A stretch of 62,852 bases of DNA from Nemertoderma westbladi (Eukaryota > Animalia > Xenacoelomorpha): assembly GCA_032718475.1 (NCBI GenBank), contig JAUCBJ010006436.1, forward strand, positions 1 to 62,852. Reading direction: 5' to 3'. The position numbers were made by a program, and so were the translations under genes. The notes below the pieces were generated by a model. That model did no database searches. It was given only the letters and a program-made list of their open reading frames with translations, and was not told the DNA's origin. Below are positions 52,836 through 62,852 of this stretch, in pieces; the first letter of the stretch is position 1; every line of letters begins with the position of its first letter.

Positions 52836-55724
52836 GCTTTATATGGTTGCACTACAGTACGGGGGTGTGCAGGCTCTCACCCGTAGTGCACACCCCGATC
52901 GGCCCAGTCCAACACTACAGCTTTGCCCGACTCGCCTAACACAACAACCCCAAATTAAACTATTTGTACAGAGGCATCTTTTCTGGTTATACAACCGGCA
53001 TCTCGTTATGCTCTGCCACGGTACGGTAAGCTATCTTCATTCCGCTACTCGAAAGTGTCAGTGTTGTCCCGCATTGACATTGGTAAACTCGCAATGATGG
53101 ACAACGTCAGTGCTAACTGAAAATTTCGCCAAATTTTGAACAAACTATATTTTAGTCCAGTGATTAAACTATGCGCTTCTACTGTCCAATTTAGTTTCCA
53201 GAGCAACGTAAATTTGACTAATCATAACCATTTTTATTACTGCAGTATTTTAGCTAGTGCAATATAGGAAGCTTATTTAGACAATTTATCTTTTCTACTA
53301 TATTGGGGTATGTAACCGGGTCTGTCTATCAGAATTTTCGACGTATAAACTATTATCCACAAAAAATTGACCCAATATATCGTAAACTAGTGTGTTTAAA
53401 AAAATTTAGTTAATTACATACAGGCAAGTCCAATTTCATAAGCGAAAAATTTTCGCTAACATTTAGTGAAAATTGAGGGGTGGTGGGGGGCGTCAGTGGA
53501 AAAGTGCACCAGGCCGCCAAGTCGTTAATAGTGCCCGAGTGGTGCCGGAGTCATATCGTATACCCCCCCGCCCTCCGCCAAAAAAAATTGTAGAACTCCC
53601 CGGACAAAAAGTAGTTTATCTTGTACGTTACAAGATTACAGGTTTGTAAAAAGTTTAAATTATTAAAAATACTGACTTTCGATGGCATATTGTCCTGGGT
53701 CTACTGTACATAGCTCTACACAATAAGGACCTCAGGGAGTTCTCAAGGAAGGGCATGGAACCTTACTGCAGAATGCCCAGGGGAGGTTTTTATGAGGTGA
53801 ATTCTCAATCGGGTTCATAGGAGTCGTTAAAACATCCTAAGTTCAAGCAGTCACTGATTGGTCAGACAAATGGCCTACCAATCACATAGCTCTTGAATTG
53901 GGTGCTTTAATGACAATAATGATGCCATTAAAGACTGCTAATTTCAAATTTAGGTGTTGTTGAATGCCTGTACTTGCTTTATGCACTAAAACCCCTTTTA
54001 AAACTCGATTCAGCCCGGATCTACAGCATTATCGGATCCCTAAACTACTGTATCTCCCGCCTCTCTCACTCCATCGAATTCGGAGAAGAACGTCGCACAA
54101 ATCGCTACATACGCCATTCCATAGATCGGTCCATTTCACAAACTAATTAATAACCTCGATAAAATAAAGAATTCTCACATTGATTAAACCTACAGTATGT
54201 TAGTTAGGTTTACTTTAAATGCATGCATGAGCTTCTTTAATCTACTCGATTCTACAGGTAGGCTACAGTACGACATTTATGAATGCTATTAAAGGCGAAA
54301 TTTCGTTACGCTGAGAAAAGACTTCCTTGACACCGCGTTCACTAACTACACCTGAAACGGCGGTGAAATCGTATTTATTTATTAGTACTTAGAATTAAAC
54401 TGCTAGATATTCTGGTTATTTTTATAGTTACTATTTGTTTCAGATACTTATATCGGTGTTCGGACACTTCCCCCCCGGACACTCCCCCCCCCCCCCCCGG
54501 ACAGTTCCCCCCCGCTCAAGTAGGACACTTCCCCCCCGGACACTTCCCCCCCCAGACACTTCCCCCCCGCGGACACTTCCCCCCCGACTGTTCTTAACTT
54601 CGCACATTCGTATTTTTCATTTTGTAAGGTAAACGGACCGCTTGTATCCAGATAAGCTGTATCCAATTTTCCTTTCGTAGCTCAGAAAGTGATCTTTTGC
54701 ATCCCGATTTTACATTTTATATCCAAGTTTTATTTATGGGTTTTATCAATGCAATTACATCGTATTGTTTGCTAATCTTTAAACAATTAATTATATTAGA
54801 TGACCTACTGTATAAATTCCATCCCCGGAATGATATACTGTTTTTATTAACTATAGAATTATAATAATTAATTGTTTTAATTATAGGTATTATTATGTAA
54901 TTGTAATTATGTAATTATTATGTAATTATGTAATGTTATGTAATTATTATGTAATTATGTAATGTTATTATGTAATTATTATGTAATTATGTATTTACGG
55001 ACTACCATGCATAACCAGCCTAGTAACGGCATCCTACAGCACCAAACATACCATAAAGAATGCGAAAGAACGCAACAAGCCAACAGCCAAATATAAGGAC
55101 ATTTTCAATGCGCTGTTTTTAAATAGTATCCTAAACAACATCAACTCAGAAAACCACGTAAGGCATGAATGTATCCTTGATTTTTATGGAATCGAAAAAT
55201 CAACCACACAATAATAACTCATGACTACAGTAGGTACACGTTGTGGGGTCTTCGAGCAGCACGTGTTCAAATGTTCAATGACTGAGCAGCGACTAATTAA
55301 CAAATTTATGAGGGATTCATTGACCAGCTGCAGACAGACCAATATTGTGACATATATTTTAGTTTAATGTTTGATTCAATTAAAGGCACAAATTAAAAAG
55401 GCTACAAATATATAGGGGTGAATAATTAAATTAGTCACCCATTAAAAGGTAGCCAAATATAAGTTGCAATCTATATAAATTTTTAAATTCAGTAGTGTGC
55501 GTGTGTTGTGTATTGATTCCGTAGATTTCATGTTGAAATAGCGTTCATTAATTCAATTTCTATTTAATTATTCAGGCATACTAATACCCACATTAAATTA
55601 GTTCGTGTGTGTTAAGTGTGTAAGATTTGATTGTTTCGTCATTAGGGCACAGAAACGGACGAATTCTTCGCGAATTTCGCAAACGTCGCAAACTTCGGGA
55701 ATTTGTTCTACAATTTTGACTCCT

Positions 55725-56106
55725 TAAGCAAAAGGGTCCCGAATGAGTTTTTTAACCTTTATTTTTTTGTGATTATGAGTGCTTTTTTATATTAGTGAAT
55801 GTTCTAGAACCTTAGTAGATTTTTAATGGTATATAGCTAGTATTTTTTACTAGCTAGTAATTTTTGGAAATTATTTTGGTCATTAATATATTCTTCAACA
55901 GTTTAACCTGAAATATCATGGACTTTCACATTTTTTATAATTTCAAAAAATACTAGCTAGCAAAAAAACACTAGCTATCATAAAAAACATATCTACTAAT
56001 GTTGTAGAACTTTCACCAATACCAAAAAAATTTAAAAACTCTAAAAAAGGATTGGTGAAAAATGGCTGGGGTGTCGACAGGGCGAAGTAGGGACCGTGTT
56101 GCTTAA
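55725..56106. mobile_element. MITE-like inverted-repeat element
   Basis: TTAAGCAAAAGGGTCCC ... GGGACCGTGTTGCTTAA with internal inverted CTAGCTAG and GTTCTAGAAC blocks. Confidence 0.45.
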
Positions 56107-57268
56107 CCCCTTAGAGCCTATGACGTCCACTGCACGTCACCATGGACAGCACGAAGACGTGCAGTGGACGTCATGCTGGAATACATGTTTTATTGGAAGG
56201 CTCTTGGAGTAGGTATACTGGTGGATAGTATTAATGACATTTATTGCTCTTCATGGCAAAAAATCCATTCTGTACTGTAGATAGGCTGTATTGTAGACTG
56301 TATTATTAGTGTTAGGTATATGGCGTAATGCCAACCACAGTACAGTAGTTCAGACTGACAGAGAGACCGACAGACAGACAGACTAGATTTATGTAAACGT
56401 GTAAACTGACATCAGAAATGAAATCAGCAACCCTTAAAACCCCCATAGGGAGAATGTTGGTTAGTTAGTATACTTTCTTAAGTTTTCACAGACTGACTGA
56501 CAGAAAGACCGACAGCCAGACAGACTAGATTTTTTTAAACGTGAAAACTGACATCTAAAATAAAATCAGCACCCATTAAAACCCCCATAACGAGAATGTT
56601 AGTTAGTTTGTATTCTTTTTTAAGTTTTGACAGACTGACTGACTGACAGAAAGACCGACAAACAGACAGACTAGATTTATGTAAACCTGAAAACTGACAT
56701 CAGAAATGAAATCAGCACCCCTTAAAACCCCCCATAGCGAGAATGTTAGTTAATTTGAATTATCTTTTAAGTTTTGACAGACTGACTGACAGAATGACCG
56801 ACAGACAGACAGACTAGATTTATGTAAACGTGAAAACTGACATCAGAAATGTAATCAGCACTCCTTAAAACCCCCATAGCGAGAATGTTAGCGACAAGTT
56901 TTAATTATTAACCATATTTCGTAAGATATATTTTAAAACATTTATTTATTAATAATGCAATAACTGAATAACCAGATAACGGAAAGACAAATCGAATTGA
57001 AACTTTTAATTACTAATAATAATTGTGGTGAGAGGTGATTGGAAATCAAGCATATATGTTATGTTTGGCACGCTGGTAGGCACAGGCAAATGAATTGATG
57101 TCTGTTGAGATGTATTGAAGGAGCACTATTCCTTCTACTGGACTACTATGTCCTTGTGTACTAGCCTAGGCACTGGCTTGGTCAAAGACTTTAGCTTGCA
57201 GTAATGTAAAACTTCAAGAAATATTACTGGGCACGGCTGCCCTTGCCATGCCTTAGGCTCTATGGGGG
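56107..57268. mobile_element. Possible piggyBac-like non-autonomous element carrying four ~140-bp tandem repeats (56350-56890)
   Basis: TTAA-CCCCTTAGAGCCTA ... TAGGCTCTATGGGG; internal repeat GACAGACAGACTAGATTTATGTAAACGTGAAAACTGACATCAGAAATGAAATCAGC. The right-hand TTAA is not preserved. Confidence 0.5.
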
Positions 57269-57294
57269 AGAATGGAATCAGCGTATGAATTTAC

Positions 57295-57633
57295 AATGTT
57301 AATTATGTTTAAATCAATTAAAAATACATTTATTAACGCAAATCACTTGAAAAAATAAAAAACTATAATGGGATGGGGTACATGGATTCCAGATATCTAA
57401 TTTCAGTGCAAAATAACTTTAATCGTATTGTGCTAAACAATTAATTTCCATGGAGAGATCGTTTAAAATGACTCAACCATACAATTTAGCTGAAGATATT
57501 AACTTCGATTATGGCTTCCGACATTTATGGCTACCGACACACACACACACACACACACACAGACTTTTGAAAAACGGCCATAGTATAATTATATCAGTTC
57601 GCTGATGGCTCGCCATACGTGTCTCGCCCCACA
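57295..57633 (-). mobile_element. Distant relative of the TGT-junction element (head region)
   Basis: Body similar to the reverse complement of ~270-420; (CA)n in place of the microsatellite; ends TCTCGCCCC-ACA. Confidence 0.5.
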
Positions 57634-58351
57634 CACAGAGCTAACTATCACCATGGTGTCTTTGAGTGACCTAACTTTTATTGATTTATTGTTTTTATTG
57701 ATTTACTGATTTATTGATTTATTTTTTGATTATTGACCGTTTTAATTATAGCCTGTCGGGGCGTATGCCGTGCAAATGAATTAAATTAATTTAATTTATG
57801 TAATAGTCTTCTTCAAATTTTAGCAGATGGGGATGAATATTATTGTTGCAATCAAAATTATACCTCTCCAGGGTAAAATCGACATGCATCGACCTGTATT
57901 CTGTGTTCAGCATTACATATTGATATACATATTACTACTATACATACTATATATATTATACACACTACATATTAAATTTCCTGGTTACTTGCAATATTTT
58001 TAATAGGATTTTGTTGAATTATATAATATTGTAGTAATTAATATATTAAATTGGTTAACATTCAATACAGCTCCTACTTTAGGCTTAGTCAATTTATTAT
58101 CTGATGATACAAACATGAATTAATTATTTCAAAGTGGTCTTAAGTCTTTCACCACGGGCACTCAGGGAAATGCCGGGGTCTGGGGGCGATAACCCCCAAG
58201 AAAAGAAGCGGGGGTTTGGGGGCGGTAGCCCCCAACAAAAAAAGCGGGGGTTTGGGGGCGGCAGCCCCCAATTAAAAGAAATTAAAAGAATTAAAGGAAT
58301 TAAAAGAAAAACAAACAAAATTTGACTATAAAAATGTTTCGTTTATAATTT

Positions 58352-58990
58352 TGAAAAAACTTGTCTAGATACAACTTGTCCTGTAACCATCTTTTACTTT
58401 TGTTTATTGCTTTGATGCACCCAGATTAATTTTAACACTTTAACTGGGGGGGAAGTGTCCGGGGGCAAGTGTCCGGGGGGGAAGTGTCCTACTTGGGCGG
58501 GGGGGAAGTGTCCGGGGGGGAAGTGTCCGGGGGGAAGTGTCCGGGGGGGAAGTGTCCTAGATCCACTTATATCATCATAGTGACTGCAGTTAGTTGTTGT
58601 AGTATAAGCTGCATTCTTGGATTCTTGCTACTATACCACCTGTACTTCTAAAATGAAAAAACTTGTCTAGATACAACTTTGTCCTGTAACCATCTTTTAC
58701 TTTTGTTTATTGCTTTGATGCACCCAGATTAATTTTAACACTTTAACTGGGGGGGGGAGTGTCCGGGGGGCAAGTGTCCGGGGGGGAAGTGTCCGGGGGG
58801 GAAGTGTCCTACTTGGGCGGGGTGGAAGTGTCCGGGGGGGAAGTGTCCGGGGGGGAAGTGTCCGGGGGGGAAGTGTCCGGGGGGGAAGTGTCCTAGATCC
58901 ACTTATATCATCATAGTGACTGCAGTTAGTTGTTGTAGTATAAGCTGCATTCTTGGATTCTTGCTACTATACCACCTGTACTTCTAAAAT
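58352..58990. repeat. Tandem duplication (~300-335 bp) of the MULE right end plus flank
   Basis: TGAAAAAACTTGTCTAGATACAAC...GTGTCCTAGATCC-ACTTATATC...CTGTACTTCTAAAATG is present twice. Confidence 0.9.
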
Positions 58991-59134
58991 GCCCCCCTAA
59001 TATCTATACAATACAATGATGATAACTTGAAATTATCAGCATGGCCTGCTTATCAGTCTCTTACTCTAATGCCTTTATTATTAAGTGTCATTAGAACCAC
59101 CTAATTCAAGCTTACCTATACTTATACTACTATA

Positions 59135-60019
59135 CACCATGACCCGTAATATAGTGTCATTTTCTGATGACACAAATTTTTCTACAAATATGTATCATGT
59201 TGCTTGAAATTTGAAACACAACTAGTTCAACTCACCGTGGTTGTTACCATGAAGCCGGAATTTTCGATTTCGCCTTTAAATTTTTTCTATAAGCGTTTTA
59301 AAAAAGTGTCTTTTTGCGAAATCGCACCATCCGTATCATTGCTATTCTTCACATTAGTCGTAATTGTTTCATATCAATAGAAAGCTTGCGTTGTAAGGAT
59401 TCCAAATGTGTAACAATGTCTGAATTTCGTTGAGAAACAGCTGAGATATAGGCGTTCAAAGGTTGCAAGAATTATTGTTCGCTGCATGCCATTTATTATA
59501 TTTAATAAATACGCAATATTCTGGAACAATTTGTTTATGTATGATTAGCTATGCAATATAGATATTGTATAGGCATTCCGCTGTTGCCAACCAACTCTTA
59601 AAATAAATAACACGTTCTAGAATATTGTGTATTTATTAAATAGAATAAATGGCCTGCAGCGAACAATAATTCTTGCAATCTTTGAATACTTATATCTCAG
59701 CTGTTTCTCAATGAAATTCGGATATTGTTACATATTTGGAATCCTTGCAACGCAAGCTTTCTATTGATTTGAAAAAATTACGACTAATGTGAAGAATGGC
59801 AATGATACGGATGGTGCGATTTCGCAAAAGACACTTTTTTAAAACGCTTATAGAAAAAATTTAAAGGCGAAATCGAAAATTCCGGCTTCATGGTAACAAC
59901 CACGGTGAGTTGAACTAGTTGTGTTTCAAATTTCAAGCAATATGATAATGATTTGTAGAAAAATTTGGGGGGGGGGGTCCGTGTCATCAGAAAATGACAC
60001 TATATTACGGGTCATGGTG
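59135..60019. mobile_element. Tc1/mariner-type foldback MITE with ~370-bp inverted arms
   Basis: TA|CACCATGACCCGTAATATAGTGTCATTTTCTGATGACAC ... GTGTCATCAGAAAATGACACTATATTACGGGTCATGGTG|TA. Confidence 0.92.
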
Positions 60020-60386
60020 TATATACTTATTATAATAATATATTATTTATTCTTATACTTATAGGTTATTGAATATTCAAATATTTTAATCGTCCAATCG
60101 GAGACTGCGGCATTATACTGGCTTGTGGTCCGTGGAGTGGGGTAGTGGAATACTGCAAATATGCAGATAATTCAATGTAGATTAGGAGAAATTAGGATGT
60201 TATTGTTATAACGCCTCCTCGGGTTCATGGAGTAATGTAGATTTAATTGCTGAATGTCTCCCGGGGTATGTTGATTTTCACTAGTTTCAGTTTCGGTTTT
60301 AGGCGTACCATAAATTTTTATTTTTTTTATTTTTTTTTTTTTTACTCAAAAGCCTCCATATATACTGTTCCATATACCATAAATAC

Positions 60387-60578
60387 TGTGGGGCGAGCCA
60401 CGAAGTGAGTGAGCCTTAGCGTAGTGGTACCATTAATCAACCTGTGGGGCGAGCCACGAAGTGAGTGAGCCTTAGCGTAGTGGTACCATTAATCAACCTG
60501 TCGTTCTGTCGTTCTGTCGTTCTGTGGGGCGAGCCACGAAGTGAGTGAGCCTTAGCGTAGTGGTACCATTAATCAACC
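60387..60578 (+). repeat. Three stacked truncated heads of the TGT-junction element
   Basis: TGT-GGGGCGAGCCACGAAGTGAGTGAGCC starts at 60387, 60443 and 60523 (a fourth at 60579 begins the full copy). Confidence 0.9.
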
Positions 60579-62181
60579 TGTGGGGCGAGCCACGAAGTGA
60601 GTGAGCCTTAGCGTAGTGGTACCATTAATCAACCTGTCGTTCTGTCGTTCTGTCGTTCTGTCGTTCTGTCGTTCTGTCGTTCTGTCGTTCTGTCGTTCTG
60701 TCGTTCTGTCGTGTTCAATTTTAAACGTTGATAACTCGGCCAATCTTTGATGAAATCTATCCAAACTTGGTACACATGTTGTTTGGCAAAAGTTTAGAAA
60801 TTTTCCAAGTAGAATTTCCGTGTGGCCTTCGAGAAGCTAAGATAATAGCAGTTAATTAGTTAATTAAGTTGATTGCGGTGAAAACGCCATTTTCAACCTG
60901 CCTTTTAAAGGAAATTAATTGTTTTACAGTATAAGATTTAAATAATTATACTTAAAAATTATACAGATATAATCCCCATACGCCATTCTATTATAGTTTT
61001 TAATTAGTTTAAGTGATTTGCTTTAATAAATGTGTCTTTAATTGATCTAAACGTAATTAAACCGCACAATTATTGAGTACAAATTTAATCCTTCCCATTA
61101 TTGGTCAAGTCTCTGCTGGTGTGGAGCTAGCTGCTGGGAGTTGTGGCTGTAGACTAACCTGAGAGGAATTGTAATAGAGGCAACCAGTATTGCTATTCCA
61201 GCCCAATCACTGAATTGTGTTTATTATAGGCTGGACGGGCCGCATAACCGTTCGACTATTACTACTATTGCTATCTCAGTTAAATGACAGATATAATAAC
61301 ATAAATACAATCCATGGCATGGCTGTTGTAGGCTTCTGAAATAGTTTATTCCACAATGTATATGTCTGGTTATTTTTTAATTGAATTTTTGCAAAGTAGT
61401 AAAATTAATGTTCTTAAAAATAATATTATTATTTTATATGTAACCTAGGAAATTAGCTACATTTTTTCGCTGCAGCTTTAAGAGTGTACATTGATTTAAT
61501 ATTATTTCAATACCCATATTACTACATCGGCATAAGATGCGTTGGCGTTGTATCACACATCTCCACATATCACACATCTCCACATAGATGTATCAACAGT
61601 TACTCGCACAGTTTCGAAACTTCGCATAGTTATAACTGTATAAAGATCGTCAGTCTGCGTTTAGGAAAAATATTTTATGACAAAACAGGACAAGCGACGA
61701 GCGCAACGAGGCATATAATGAAGACGAGTACTGCGTTGACTAAATTATTATATAAACCACCTGGCTTCACATATTGATCGCATCCCTAGTTATTATTATT
61801 ATAAAGATCGTCCTAGCCTGCGTTTAAGAAATATATTTAAATACAAAACAGGACGAACGCAAAGAGGCTTATAATGAAAACGAGTACTGCGTTTATTATA
61901 TTCCTATAAACCACCTGGCTTTGCATATTTAACGTGCGATTGGAAATAAGTTCGTGCTACCCTTCCGTGGGTGGTAGATGTCGCGGTTATGTATTGGTGG
62001 TTGGGAAGGGTGGGGGGGGGGGGGGGAGATTAAAAGGGGTGAACACGTACTGTCCCCCTTTCTTTGATTGATTGGTGGTGTGGGTAAATTTCTCAAAACC
62101 TGATTTTGTGATACAGTCGCTCAATTTTAATTTGTATCTAATAACTAGGCCTCGTGCTGCGCGAAGGCCCCACGAACGTGT
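60579..62181 (+). mobile_element. Complete ~1.6-kb copy of the TGT-junction element
   Basis: TGT-GGGGCGAGCC head to GGCCCCACGAACG-TGT tail; no transposase ORF; internal variant segment at ~61060-61320. Confidence 0.85.
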
Positions 62182-62852
62182 ACCAGCATGTTGGCCAATA
62201 AATGAGCAGTATTTAATGAGAATCAATTTTTTATGCCGTTTTAATTACTTTAGATCAATTAAAGACACAATTATTAAAGCAAATCACTTGAACTAATTAA
62301 AAACTATAATAGAATGGCGTATGTGGATTACATCTGTATAATTTTTAAGTATAATTATTTAAATCTTATACTGTAAAACAATTAATTTCCTTTAAAAGGC
62401 AGGTTGAAAATGGTGTTTTTACCGTAATCAACTTAATTAACTAATTAACTGCTATTATCTTAGCTTCTCGAAGGCCACACGGAAATTCTACTTGGAAAAT
62501 TTCTAAACTTTTGCCAAACAACATGTGTACCAAGTTTGGATAGATTTCATCAAAGATTGGCCGAGTTATTAACGTTTAAAATTGAACGCGACAGAACGAC
62601 AGAACGACAGAACGACAGGTTGATTAATGGTACCACTACGCTAAGGCTCACTCACTTCGTGGCTCGCCCCACATAGATGGGATGTGTGTGTCATTCCCAG
62701 TTGCTGGGAATGATTATTGGTCAAGTCTCTGCTGCTGGCTGGGAGTTGTTGCTAAGACTAACCAGAGAGGAATAGTAATAGACAACCAGTATTGCTATTC
62801 CAGCCCAGACAGCATTCTTTAAATTCACTATAAATGTTGTATTGCTATCTCA
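62179..62852. mobile_element. Further copy with its first ~495 bp inverted (62179-62673), then continuing forward past the window edge
   Basis: TGTACCAGCATG...GGCTCGCCCCACA is the reverse complement of head-to-CTGGTACA; TAGATGGGATG then resumes as at position 487. Confidence 0.88.

Larger units (their letters stand above)
54455..58564. mobile_element. Non-autonomous Mutator/foldback-like element (~4.1 kb) with 9-bp TSD and nested insertions
   Basis: Subterminal arrays GGACACTTCCCCCCC (left) and GGGGGGAAGTGTCC (right); TSD ACTTATATC at 54446-54454 and 58565-58573. Confidence 0.8.

Noticed and set aside
1399-62028. Numerous long G/C homopolymers as a dedicated system
   Set aside because: Most lie within repeat elements and homopolymer lengths are error-prone; no independent pattern seen.

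Overview
Eukaryotic (invertebrate metazoan) nuclear DNA: AT-rich, repeat-dense, with GT-AG introns. Five conserved genes are clear: atlastin (minus, 2 coding exons), NCBP1/CBP80 (plus, 2 exons), a NUDT18-like Nudix hydrolase, PARN, and an NHR+RING neuralized-family E3 ligase (the last three have no coding introns). A sixth gene, mostly missed by the ORF track, can be assembled by hand: a small Shisa-like/STMC6 single-pass protein (minus, about 21068-15979). The rest is satellites, MITEs, a frameshifted RTE LINE with a 22-bp TSD, a 4.1-kb MULE-like element, and a ~1.6-kb non-autonomous element family whose junctions all fall on TGT. Most striking: the NCBP1 intron holds ~70 tandem copies of its own 3' splice site plus exon start (CAG|GTTCGC). 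Each is a decoy acceptor leading to a premature stop, yet each could regenerate a GT donor (possible recursive/ratchet splicing). Splice-site-like duplications also occur at the atlastin acceptor and in a 27-bp GTAAGT satellite. All coordinates and translations were worked out by eye; no database searches were run.
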